Counted from the first letter of the stretch, positions 39,994 to 49,172 are shown. The stretch: 64,000 bases of DNA from an uncultured Eubacteriales bacterium (GCA_900317675.1 ONHU01000002.1:10697-74696); one strand, 5' to 3'. The notes: a model not told the origin generated them from the sequence alone. Translations and numbers: made by a program.

Positions 39994-41184
39994 ATGCGTG
40001 ATTTAAAGCATCTGATCTACTTTGAGGACCTTTTGCAGGAGGCAAACAATGACCTCGTGCGGAAGGGCAAGGAAGACGGCAATCTGTGTCTCGGATACAC
40101 TTGCTACTTCATGCCGGAAGTCCTCCTCGATCTGCCGGGATGTTTCTCGGTCAGACTGAGAGCGCCTAAGTGCACATCTCCGGATATGGCATCTTACTAT
40201 ATGTCCGGCAGAACCTGTCACTATGGCAGATCACTTCTTGAAAGAGCCCTGGAAGGCGGATACAACTTCATCGACGCCCAGCTCGCTACAGAGACCTGCA
40301 CGGTCACATGCAGATTCCAGGAGCATCTTGGCTACATGGATGACGTTATCAACAACTCGACATTCAAAACAGAGTTCACAGACGTTCCGTTCAAGAAAAA
40401 CGAAAACAGCATCGACCACTACAGGAAGCAGCTCAAGCTTCACGTTCTCGATTTCCTTGAAAGAGAGTATGGCGTAGACACTTCCGATGAAGCCATTCTC
40501 AAGGCAATCGAGATCAACAACGAAGTCAACGACATCATCACAGAGATCGGTAATTTCCGCAAACTCGATAACCCTACCATTACCGGATATGAGTTCAGCG
40601 TCATCACACTGGTATCGATGGTCTGCCCTAAGTATCTGATCGTCGACAAGCTCAGAGAGACGCTCGAGGAACTCAGGACAAGAGAGCCGGATGATAAGCC
40701 GAACTACAAGATCAAGGTCCTGCTCGCAGGTTCCGAGAACGATGACCCTGACTTCATCAAACTGATCGAAGGCTGCGGAGCTCTCGTAGTTGCTGACAGA
40801 TACTGCTATGGCTCACTTGAGGCCAGAAACCACATCAACATCGAGGAAGGCGACGATCCTCTGACTGCTGTCGCCAAGCACTATCTGCTTACGAGCCAGT
40901 GCGCAAGATTCATGGAGCAGAAGGAGATGAGAAACCGCAAGAAAGTCATCGCTGACTACGCCAAGGAATACAAGGCCGACGGTATCATTGTGGCATCCAA
41001 CAAGTTCTGCGAATACTGGAGCTATGAGAGAATGATCGATACCATCATACTCCCAAGAGACTACGGATTCCCGGTATGCTCCATCGAGAAAGAGTACATC
41101 AACACAGCATCCGGACAGCTGAGGACCAGATTCCAGGCGTTCGTTGAGAGTGTTGAACTCAAGAAGATCCAGGAGGTCAAGTAA
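39994..41184 (+). CDS. HAD/BCR-family component D small subunit, paralog 2 (S2)
   Basis: 396 aa. MRDLKHLIYFEDLL. Cys in YTC, ETCT, KFCEYW. C-terminal RFQAFVESVELKKIQ. GGGAGG RBS. Confidence 0.85.
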   Translation: MRDLKHLIYFEDLLQEANNDLVRKGKEDGNLCLGYTCYFMPEVLLDLPGCFSVRLRAPKCTSPDMASYYMSGRTCHYGRSLLERALEGGYNFIDAQLATETCTVTCRFQEHLGYMDDVINNSTFKTEFTDVPFKKNENSIDHYRKQLKLHVLDFLEREYGVDTSDEAILKAIEINNEVNDIITEIGNFRKLDNPTITGYEFSVITLVSMVCPKYLIVDKLRETLEELRTREPDDKPNYKIKVLLAGSENDDPDFIKLIEGCGALVVADRYCYGSLEARNHINIEEGDDPLTAVAKHYLLTSQCARFMEQKEMRNRKKVIADYAKEYKADGIIVASNKFCEYWSYERMIDTIILPRDYGFPVCSIEKEYINTASGQLRTRFQAFVESVELKKIQEVK

Positions 41185-41185
41185 G

Positions 41186-42823
41186 ATGAAGAAACCTGAT
41201 TTGAAGAAACTCAAAGAAGTCGACTTCAAGAAGGCTGCTAAGGATTTCGTCTACGGCAAGCCTCACGGAGAAAGAAGACTGGGCGACCTGTACATCCCTA
41301 AGACAGGTCTTTACAAACACAGAGAATGGCGCGGTATCAAGGATACCATGTACTATTTCAACAACATCTGGCTGTACAACTACGGAATGATCGTCCGTGA
41401 CCTCATGGTTTACGGCGGCGGCCCTAAGGGCGCGATCCAGTTCCTCAAGGGTACATGGAGATACAGATGGATGGGCCAGACATACCTGACAGTAATGCAC
41501 TGGTTCGACAGAAACCTTGAAGGTATGAGAGGCGAGGCTCTCAGAGGATCCGCATGGCATTTCAGAGGCATCACAAGCGCATGCCTCCTGCAGATCACCG
41601 GATGGTTCAACAGAGACCTTAACATCGGCGGAGATGCTGCACTCAGAGCTAAGACGATCGGTCATGACGAGACTCTGTGGGGCGGAATCTTCTATCCGTA
41701 CACAGACCAGGGAATCGAGAACATTCCTCTGCAGATGATCCCTTACTTTGTAACATGCCACTGCAACAACCACACAGTACTGAACTACATCGATGCATCT
41801 CAGGCATACGGACTCCCGGGCGACCCTTGTCCGATGTGCCAGGCAGAAGCGGGAATCTTTATTGAAGACGATGTTCCGGATTCATACGTAGCACTCATCA
41901 CAACGAACGAAGCATGCGACGGTTCCGTAGGAACATCTGTCATTCAGGACTGGATGATCAACAAGCCGCTCTTCGCAATGCCGCAGCCGATGCAGTTCGA
42001 TGACGATTCAGTCCTCGAGAACTGCGCTAAGGAAATCGAAGGCGCATGGAGATTCACAGAAGAACAGCTCGGAGTAGAGTTCCACTGGGATGAGCTCGTC
42101 AAGAGACTTGAGCAGCAGAACGAACTTCAGAGATTCGAGTGGGAGAAGTGGGACGTTGCTGCCAACACTAACAACTATCCGATCAACGGCGTAGCTCAGG
42201 CCCTTTACAGAATCTTCCAGTCACAGTACGGTGACAGACCTCTCTGGCATGACGTTGACAAACGCGTCAAGAAGATCATGGACAAGTGCGTTGAAGAAAA
42301 AATCAACACCTTCCCGATGACACGCCACAGAGTTATCGCATGGAGCTGTGCTCCTCTGTACTACTCAGCATGGTGCACATGGGCATACAACTGCTGGGGA
42401 CTCAATACCATCATCAACATGGACTCGCTGATGTTCGACATGGAGATCCGCACAGACTCATATGAGAACTGCCTGCTCGATATGGCGAAGTATCATGAAT
42501 GGGCTCCGATGAGAAGAATGGCTGTAGGCGGACTGCAGCACATCTTCGAGCTCTGGGAGAACATGGAAAAGTTCAATTGCGACATGGTCATGATGTACGA
42601 CCAGCTGCAGTGCAAGGGCATGCAGGGTGTCGTAGGACTGTTCGAAGATGAGTTCAGAGCACGTAACATCCACGCTATCTGGATGCCACATGCACTGCCT
42701 GATAAGAGAACTGTTCCGAGATCTCAGATCAGACAGATCATCAATGACTACATGTTCACTGTAATGGGCGAAGAACCGCTCGATCCGTCACTGCTTGACT
42801 TTGACGATATCGACAGCTGGTAG
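41186..42823 (+). CDS. HAD/BCR-family component D large subunit, paralog 2 (L2)
   Basis: 545 aa from the ATG at 41186 (AGGAGG RBS inside the S2 3' end). GLPGDPCP, ACDGS, LQCKGMQG. Confidence 0.8.
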   Translation: MKKPDLKKLKEVDFKKAAKDFVYGKPHGERRLGDLYIPKTGLYKHREWRGIKDTMYYFNNIWLYNYGMIVRDLMVYGGGPKGAIQFLKGTWRYRWMGQTYLTVMHWFDRNLEGMRGEALRGSAWHFRGITSACLLQITGWFNRDLNIGGDAALRAKTIGHDETLWGGIFYPYTDQGIENIPLQMIPYFVTCHCNNHTVLNYIDASQAYGLPGDPCPMCQAEAGIFIEDDVPDSYVALITTNEACDGSVGTSVIQDWMINKPLFAMPQPMQFDDDSVLENCAKEIEGAWRFTEEQLGVEFHWDELVKRLEQQNELQRFEWEKWDVAANTNNYPINGVAQALYRIFQSQYGDRPLWHDVDKRVKKIMDKCVEEKINTFPMTRHRVIAWSCAPLYYSAWCTWAYNCWGLNTIINMDSLMFDMEIRTDSYENCLLDMAKYHEWAPMRRMAVGGLQHIFELWENMEKFNCDMVMMYDQLQCKGMQGVVGLFEDEFRARNIHAIWMPHALPDKRTVPRSQIRQIINDYMFTVMGEEPLDPSLLDFDDIDSW

Positions 42824-42834
42824 AAAGGAGGCCG

Positions 42835-43065
42835 ATGATGAAGAGAAAGGCTAAGAAAAAAAGAACTGTCGGCAGGTTCATTAAGAAAACGCTCAGACTC
42901 GGAGTGCTCGCTTATGCCGGACTGTTTTGCGTATTTTACTATGATCTCGACGGAAAGCTGCTCTACTACGTTGTTGAGCCGTTCTTGAAGAACCACTTCG
43001 ACAACATGGAGAGAAGAGATCCGACGACAGTACCATACGAACAGATCGATTCGGAGTACATGTAA
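42835..43065 (+). CDS. Small single-pass membrane protein (K-rich N-terminus), homolog of 50038-50220
   Basis: 76 aa. Strong GGAGG RBS 5 nt upstream. KKKRTVGRFIKKTLRLGVLAYAGLFCVFYYDLDGKLLYY. Confidence 0.55.
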   Translation: MMKRKAKKKRTVGRFIKKTLRLGVLAYAGLFCVFYYDLDGKLLYYVVEPFLKNHFDNMERRDPTTVPYEQIDSEYM

Positions 43066-43068
43066 AGT

Positions 43069-43166
43069 GAATCGCTTGTTCCGTCTCCCGAGTACGACTC
43101 GCGTCTCGCGCCGGCGACGCAGCGGTACTAAGCTCTGTCTTCGCCTGCGGCACGGAACAATGCGAT
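43069..43166 (+). other. GC-rich structured non-coding element (about 98 nt, closed by a 15-bp stem) containing a conserved motif
   Basis: AATCGCTTGTTCCGT (43069-43083) pairs with ACGGAACAA(T)GCGATT (43151-43166). It encloses the sub-hairpins CGAGT-acg-ACTCG and GCGTC...GACGC and the motif at 43118-43146. No U-tract. Confidence 0.5.
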
Positions 43167-43274
43167 TGAAACAGGAAAGCTGATGTGAACTGTATCGTTT
43201 CACTCACAAGCCTTGCAGCCTCATCAGTTTTTCAAAGATATAAGTTAAAAATACAGAAAGAAGTTACAGCAATT

Positions 43275-45191
43275 ATGAAGAAGAAGTTTAAAGCTGAATC
43301 CCAGCGTCTGCTGGATCTGATGATCAATTCGATCTATACGCACAAGGAGATTTTCCTGCGTGAGATCATTTCCAATGCATCTGATGCTATCGACAAAATG
43401 TGCTATCTTGCGCTGACGGACAAGTCGGTGGGTATGAACAGGAGCGATTTTGAGATCATCATCACTCTCGACAAGGAGAACCGTACGCTTACGGTCAGCG
43501 ACAACGGGATCGGCATGAATGAGGAAGAGCTCGAGAAGAATCTCGGAACCATCGCTTTCTCAGGAAGCAGGAAGTTCTCCGAAGAGATCGAGAAGGCTGA
43601 CAAAGCGAAGGAAGGCGCAGCAGCTGCGTCCCTTGCCGATCAGGTCGATATCATCGGACAGTTCGGAGTCGGCTTTTACTCAGCATTCATGGTAGCAGAC
43701 AAGGTCGAAGTCGTAACCAGAAAATACGGCGAAGACAAGGCCTGGAGATGGGTTTCTGAGGGAGCCGGGGGCTATACGATCGAAGAGGCAGAGCGTGACA
43801 GTCAGGGAACTGATGTCATCATGCACATCAGACAAGACGGCGAAGACAAGGATGAGTTCAGCCAGTACATGAGGGAGTACCCTATATACAAACTCGTAAA
43901 GAAGTACTCGGACTACATCCGCTTCCCGATCAAGATGCTGATGCCGCATCCTCAGATCAAGGAAGGCTCTGATCCGAAGAACCCGGAATATGAAGAGGTA
44001 TACGAATACGAAGTGTTCAACTCGATGGTTCCTCTGTGGCAGCGCAAGAGAGCGGAGGTCACCAAAGAGGAATACGAAGAGTTCTACAAATCGACGTTCC
44101 AGGATGATCTGGCTCCGCTTGAGACTATCACGGTCTCGGTTGAAGGAATCGTCAGCTATGACGCTCTGATGTTCATCCCGGAAAAGGTGCCTAACAAGTA
44201 CTATACGGACGACTTCACGGGAGGTCTTCAGCTTTACAGTTCCGGCGTCCTGATTATGGATCAGTGCAAAGAACTGCTCCCTGAATATTTCAACTTTGTC
44301 AGGGGCGTTGTCGACTCGCCGGATCTGTCCCTCAATATTTCAAGAGAAGTGCTCCAGCATGACAGACAGCTGAGACTGATCTCCAGGAATCTTGAGAAAA
44401 AGATCCGCGGCAAGCTCGAAGATATGAGGGACAATGACCGCGAGAAATACGAGACCTTCTACAAGAGCTTCGGCCGTCAGATCAAGCTCTGCGCGCTCGA
44501 TGACTACGGTAAGTACAAAGAAGAACTCCAGGATTTCCTGATGTTCTACTCCTCGACAGAAAAGAAGCTCGTGACGCTTGCTGAGTATGTCGGCAGGATG
44601 AAGGAAGATCAGGAGTACATCTACTACGCAAGCGGAGACAGTCTTGACGCAGTAGACAAGATGCCTCAGACAGAGATCCTCAAAGACAAAGGCATCGAGA
44701 TCCTGTACTTTATCGACAGCACGGATGAGTTCGTCTCGGATATGTTCAGAAGCTACAAGGACAAGAAGTACATGTCGGTCATCGACGGAGACTTCGATCT
44801 CGGAGACGGCAAGACAGACGAGCAGATGACTGAGACATTCAAAGACACCTTTGATTTTGTCAAGGAGACGCTCGGAGATAAGGTCGATGTAGTAAAAGCT
44901 ACGACCAAGCTGAAGTCTCATCCTGTATGCATATCAAGCGGAGACGGCATTACGTTCGAAATGGAGAAATACTTTACAGCCGTCAATCCGGAGCTTGGCA
45001 TGAAAGCCAAGAGGATCCTTGAGCTCAATGTGGATCACAAAGCGTTCCTGGCGCTTGACAGGGCAAGGCTCGATGATCCGGAAAGAGCTAAGAAGATGTG
45101 CGAGGTCCTCCTCAATCAGGCTCTCCTGATCGCAGGACTTCCGATCAACGATCCTTCAGACTACACAGACATCGTATGCTCATTCTTCTAA
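43275..45191 (+). CDS. htpG: Molecular chaperone HtpG (Hsp90)
   Basis: 638 aa from the ATG at 43275. FKAESQRLLDLMINSIYTHKEIFLREIISNASDAIDK, GQFGVGFYSAFMVAD. The ORF-track start at 43185 was rejected. Confidence 0.9.
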   Translation: MKKKFKAESQRLLDLMINSIYTHKEIFLREIISNASDAIDKMCYLALTDKSVGMNRSDFEIIITLDKENRTLTVSDNGIGMNEEELEKNLGTIAFSGSRKFSEEIEKADKAKEGAAAASLADQVDIIGQFGVGFYSAFMVADKVEVVTRKYGEDKAWRWVSEGAGGYTIEEAERDSQGTDVIMHIRQDGEDKDEFSQYMREYPIYKLVKKYSDYIRFPIKMLMPHPQIKEGSDPKNPEYEEVYEYEVFNSMVPLWQRKRAEVTKEEYEEFYKSTFQDDLAPLETITVSVEGIVSYDALMFIPEKVPNKYYTDDFTGGLQLYSSGVLIMDQCKELLPEYFNFVRGVVDSPDLSLNISREVLQHDRQLRLISRNLEKKIRGKLEDMRDNDREKYETFYKSFGRQIKLCALDDYGKYKEELQDFLMFYSSTEKKLVTLAEYVGRMKEDQEYIYYASGDSLDAVDKMPQTEILKDKGIEILYFIDSTDEFVSDMFRSYKDKKYMSVIDGDFDLGDGKTDEQMTETFKDTFDFVKETLGDKVDVVKATTKLKSHPVCISSGDGITFEMEKYFTAVNPELGMKAKRILELNVDHKAFLALDRARLDDPERAKKMCEVLLNQALLIAGLPINDPSDYTDIVCSFF

Positions 45192-45200
45192 GGAGATAAA

Positions 45201-45968
45201 ATGTCAGAAACACGTGACACCAAAATTTTAACAGTTGCAGGCAAAGGCGGCGTCGGAAAGACGTCGATCAGCTCGGCTATGGTCAGGATCCTCACAGAGG
45301 AATACCCTGACGCAAGGATCCTGGCGATCGATGCTGATCCGGCGATCGGGCTTACTACAGCTCTCGGAGTAGAGCCTACAGACACTCTTGACGGGATCCG
45401 CAAGAAGATCGTCGGAAGCGTCGAGGACGGACGTCCGAAGGAAGCGATCGAGATGCTCAACGAAGCAAGGTTCAGGATCTTCGATACAATGGTCGAAGAG
45501 AACAGATTCAGTTTTCTTGCCATCGGAAGACCTGAGGCTGCCGGATGCTACTGCAAGGTAAACGCATATCTCAAAGAGGTCATCAGCCTTCTGGCTAATG
45601 ATTTCGACTATGTGGTGATAGACGGCGAAGCCGGGATCGAGCAGATCAACCGCCGCGTCATGGAAAAGGTCACACACCTTTTCCTCATCACAGACCCGAG
45701 CCGCAAAGGCTGCAAGGTAGTGGATACGATCAAGTCCGTTGCTGACGAACTGGTGATGTACGACAAGTGCGGAGTCATCGTCAACAGGGTCAAGGAAGAA
45801 TCCATACCATATATTAAGATCGAATCGGCAGAGGTCCTTGCATACATCCCTGATGACAAGGCCCACTCCGACAACGATATAATGGGCATCAGCGTCTTCG
45901 ATCTGCCGGAGGATTCTCCGGTCATGAAAGGGACCAGGGAAGCCCTCAAGAAGATGCAGATAATTTAG
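45201..45968 (+). CDS. CooC/AcsF-family P-loop ATPase with CxC metal motif
   Basis: 255 aa. VAGKGGVGKTS deviant Walker A, AIDADP, GRPEAAGCYCKVNAYL (CxC), VVIDGEAGIEQ. Begins 9 nt after the htpG stop. Confidence 0.8.
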   Translation: MSETRDTKILTVAGKGGVGKTSISSAMVRILTEEYPDARILAIDADPAIGLTTALGVEPTDTLDGIRKKIVGSVEDGRPKEAIEMLNEARFRIFDTMVEENRFSFLAIGRPEAAGCYCKVNAYLKEVISLLANDFDYVVIDGEAGIEQINRRVMEKVTHLFLITDPSRKGCKVVDTIKSVADELVMYDKCGVIVNRVKEESIPYIKIESAEVLAYIPDDKAHSDNDIMGISVFDLPEDSPVMKGTREALKKMQII

Positions 45969-46033
45969 CCGGGGCGGCAGAGGGAGCTTTTCCCTGCGGC
46001 CAAGGCGCTTTATAAGAGAGGGAGGTTTTTACA

Positions 46034-47224
46034 TTGAAAGACTTGAAGCATTTAATCTACTTCGAGAACCTTCTGGACAACGCAGACAATGAGCTGGTGG
46101 AACAGGCCAGGAAAGACGGCAAGATGATCATGGGTTATACCTGCTATCACATTCCTGAAGTTCTCCTGAACGTTGACAACTGCGTGTCGGTGAGACTGCG
46201 TGCTCCTAGAACAGGATCGGTCGACATTTCCACATATTATATGTCGAACTATGTATGTGAATTTGCACGCGCTCTGCTGGAGAGGGCTATCGAGGGAGGA
46301 TATCAGTTCCTGGACGGACTTGCGGCAGTCGATGCCTGTTCGATGATGAACAGATTCTACGAGCACTTCGGCATACTCAAGTGCAACAACAAGGATCATT
46401 TCTTCCTGCCTATCCTGGACGTTCCTTACAAGACAGAGGAATTCTCCTACAGACACATGCAGAGACAGTTTGAGGCAAGACTCCTGCCGGCAATGCAGGA
46501 GAATCTGGGAACAGATATCTCAGACGCCAAGATCCGTGAAGCAGTCGCAATGCACAATGAAGTCTGCAAGGTCATCCAGGAGATCAGCGAGATGCGTAAG
46601 GCAGACAACCCTGTTATCACAGGATACGAGTTCCATGTGATCAATCTTGTCTCCTACACATGCCCTAAGTATCTGATACTTCCTTATCTCAAGGAGACTC
46701 TTGAGGAGCTCAGGAAGAGAAAACCGGATGAGAAACTGCCGAGAGCAAGAGTCGGCATCGTGGGTTCTGAGATCGATGATCCTGAGTTCACCAAGATGAT
46801 CGAGGATGCGGGAGCAAGAGTGGTATTCGACAGACATTGCTTCGGATCGATCCCTGGCAGAGAAGTGATCGAGCTTTCAGATAAGGAAGACGCACTTCCG
46901 CAGATCGTTCGCCACTATATGAATACTTCTGAGTGCGCTCGTTATATCGCAGACAACAAAGTACAACAGAGAAGAGAAACTGCTGACAGACTGGCGAAGG
47001 AATTCAAGGCAGACGGCATCATCTACGAGCAGATGAAGTACTGCGATTTCTGGGGATTTGAAAGAGCCCTCGTCAGCCACATCATGGCAGAAGAATACGG
47101 CTGGCCGGTACTGTCCATAGACAGACTGTACAACGCAAGAGGATCCGGACAGCTCAGAACTAGATTCCAGGCGTTCGTTGAATCGCTGGAGATCAAGAAG
47201 ATCCAGAAAGGAGGCAAGAAGTAA
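46034..47224 (+). CDS. HAD/BCR-family component D small subunit, paralog 3 (S3)
   Basis: 396 aa. TTG start 9 nt after GGGAGG. (M)KDLKHLIYFENLL. Cys in YTC, DACS, KYCDFW. C-terminal RFQAFVESLEIKKIQ. Confidence 0.82.
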   Translation: MKDLKHLIYFENLLDNADNELVEQARKDGKMIMGYTCYHIPEVLLNVDNCVSVRLRAPRTGSVDISTYYMSNYVCEFARALLERAIEGGYQFLDGLAAVDACSMMNRFYEHFGILKCNNKDHFFLPILDVPYKTEEFSYRHMQRQFEARLLPAMQENLGTDISDAKIREAVAMHNEVCKVIQEISEMRKADNPVITGYEFHVINLVSYTCPKYLILPYLKETLEELRKRKPDEKLPRARVGIVGSEIDDPEFTKMIEDAGARVVFDRHCFGSIPGREVIELSDKEDALPQIVRHYMNTSECARYIADNKVQQRRETADRLAKEFKADGIIYEQMKYCDFWGFERALVSHIMAEEYGWPVLSIDRLYNARGSGQLRTRFQAFVESLEIKKIQKGGKK

Positions 47225-48975
47225 TGGTACTGACAACAGAATTATTAGGCATCAGGAATTCTCTTGCCGAGAAGAAGGAACTCAAAGCTAAGAAAGCAGC
47301 CGCAAAGGGCAAAGTAAAATATCCGAATCCTGCATTCTGGCGCTGCAAGGACAATATGGACTTCAAGGCGCAGGGCAAGAACCTCATGGAAGTCGGCAAG
47401 ATCATCATGGAGATGACCAAGGAAGCCGACATCAAGGGCTTCTGCGCTAAGCAGGTTGACAGGTGCAAGGACGACCTTGCAAGATGCGCACTTGAGATCA
47501 GACAGGCAAAAGAGATGAGCCCGGAAGAGCGCAAGGAGGTCTTCCTCTACGGAGAGAGAACTCTCGGTAAGCTCTACCGCAAGGGTGACATGGTTCCTGT
47601 AAGAAGAGAGTGGAGAGGCGCTGCAGATACAGCATATGACTTCTACAGATGGGGCAAGATGTGGCTTATGCTGCTCACCACATTCAGCAGAGACCTTATC
47701 CCGGCGCTCAACTCGACATTCTACTACAGATGGATGATCTCATATTTCTGCTGCGTAGGCTTCATGGACAAGAACACCTCCGGACAGAAGGGAAGCGCTC
47801 TGAAGATGTCGCACCTGATGACATATGACATCTTCCGTTATGTAGCTGAGAACCTGGTATTCCTCGCTAAGTGTGACAAGAAGAACGGTAACTCCGCAGC
47901 ACTCAACAAGAAGGTCGTACTCTTCGACGAGATGACAATGGGACAGATCATGGCAGGATTCCCTGATCTCCTCGGTATCCCTTACCAGCTGATGCCGGTA
48001 TTCCTGGTATCCGAGATCGACCAGCTCACGTGCGTTCCTTATATCGACGCTGTTGAGAGTTTCGGTCTCCCTGCTGATACCTGCCCGGTACCAAGCTCAG
48101 AATGCGGAGCTCTCGTAATCGACGCTCTGCCGCACATGGGATCATGCTTTATTTCAAGTTCGATGCCTTGCGATGGTTCGGTAATGGCTTCTGAATACAT
48201 GTCAAGAAGATTCCCGGATCTGCCGGTATATCACCTGACATTCCCTGTCAGATACGAATACGAAGAGACAACGCAGGATGCTGTTGAAGACATCAAGGGC
48301 TGCATCAAGTTTGTTGAGAAAGTCACAGGCGCTAAGTGGAGCTGGGATGCTTACTTCAAGCAGATGAAGCGTTTCAACGAGGAAACTGCATATGAGCTGC
48401 AGAAGTGGGAAGTCAACAAGACTGACTATCCGCAGATCATCGGACCTTCCTACGAACTGTTCCGTAAGTGGAACTACGAAATGGACGGCGGAGCTGACCC
48501 TCGTGTCATCAAGACTTTTGAAAAGGTCAATGACATCATGATGAAGGGTTATGAGAGACGCGAGGAAGCATGGCGCAACAAGATGCGCTACAGAGGAATC
48601 GTATGGTCCTGCCCTGCACACTACTATGCTAACTTCAGTAACTGGCTTGCTAACTGCTGGGGTATCGACATCCTCGTAGAGATGGAATCCCTCAACTTCA
48701 CCAAGGTTCTCGAGACAGAGGACAAGGAAGAGGCTCTGATGGATCTGGCAAGGCTCTACGAAAGAATGGTAATGAGAAGACATACCAACGGCGGATACCA
48801 CAACGTAGTTGACGAGATGTGGAGACAGGTCGAAGACTGGAGAGCAGAGATGGACCCTAGAACAGTCTCCAGAAAGTCCATGAGAGACAAGGTCAACGAA
48901 TACATGAGGACAGTCATGAGAGCTGAGCCTGTAGACCCGACACTCTGCGACTTCGACGACGAGCTTGGAATGTAA
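47224..48975 (+). CDS. HAD/BCR-family component D large subunit, paralog 3 (L3), divergent: N-terminal extension and internal C-terminal deletion
   Basis: 583 aa. Start overlaps the S3 stop (TAATG). GLPADTCP and PCDGS are present, but the ..SCK.. segment conserved in L1 and L2 is missing. Confidence 0.78.
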   Translation: MVLTTELLGIRNSLAEKKELKAKKAAAKGKVKYPNPAFWRCKDNMDFKAQGKNLMEVGKIIMEMTKEADIKGFCAKQVDRCKDDLARCALEIRQAKEMSPEERKEVFLYGERTLGKLYRKGDMVPVRREWRGAADTAYDFYRWGKMWLMLLTTFSRDLIPALNSTFYYRWMISYFCCVGFMDKNTSGQKGSALKMSHLMTYDIFRYVAENLVFLAKCDKKNGNSAALNKKVVLFDEMTMGQIMAGFPDLLGIPYQLMPVFLVSEIDQLTCVPYIDAVESFGLPADTCPVPSSECGALVIDALPHMGSCFISSSMPCDGSVMASEYMSRRFPDLPVYHLTFPVRYEYEETTQDAVEDIKGCIKFVEKVTGAKWSWDAYFKQMKRFNEETAYELQKWEVNKTDYPQIIGPSYELFRKWNYEMDGGADPRVIKTFEKVNDIMMKGYERREEAWRNKMRYRGIVWSCPAHYYANFSNWLANCWGIDILVEMESLNFTKVLETEDKEEALMDLARLYERMVMRRHTNGGYHNVVDEMWRQVEDWRAEMDPRTVSRKSMRDKVNEYMRTVMRAEPVDPTLCDFDDELGM

Positions 48976-49027
48976 ATGAGCTGTCAGCAAGCCCCTCGCA
49001 CAGCAAATATACATGCATAAAGAAGGG

Positions 49028-49056
49028 GCAGCGGTGCTAAGCTCTGACGTCGCCTG
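49028..49056 (+). repeat. Second copy of the conserved non-coding motif GCAGCGGTRCTAAGCTCTG..(N3)..TCGCCTG
   Basis: 18/19 identity with 43118-43136, plus TCGCCTG at the same offset. Lies 53 nt after the L3 stop. Confidence 0.55.
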
Positions 49057-49097
49057 ACGTTGAAGAGACTCTAGACTGACCAATTGTTAAAAAATAG

Positions 49098-49126
49098 TTT
49101 ACAATGCCCGCGGTACTGAATATAAT
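49098..49126 (+). promoter_or_regulatory. Putative sigma-A promoter for the activase operon
   Basis: TTTACA, 17 nt, TATAAT, located 47 nt upstream of the activase ATG. Confidence 0.5.
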
Positions 49127-49172
49127 GTGGGCAGAATAGTACTTTTATTCAAAAAGAAGGAGAGAAAGAATC

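Noticed and set aside
43069-43166. The GC-rich structure after the small membrane protein gene as a simple Rho-independent terminator.
   Set aside because: No U-tract follows the stems (the sequence continues GAAACAGGAAAGC). It also shares a specific motif with a second site, so it is reported as a structured or conserved element instead.
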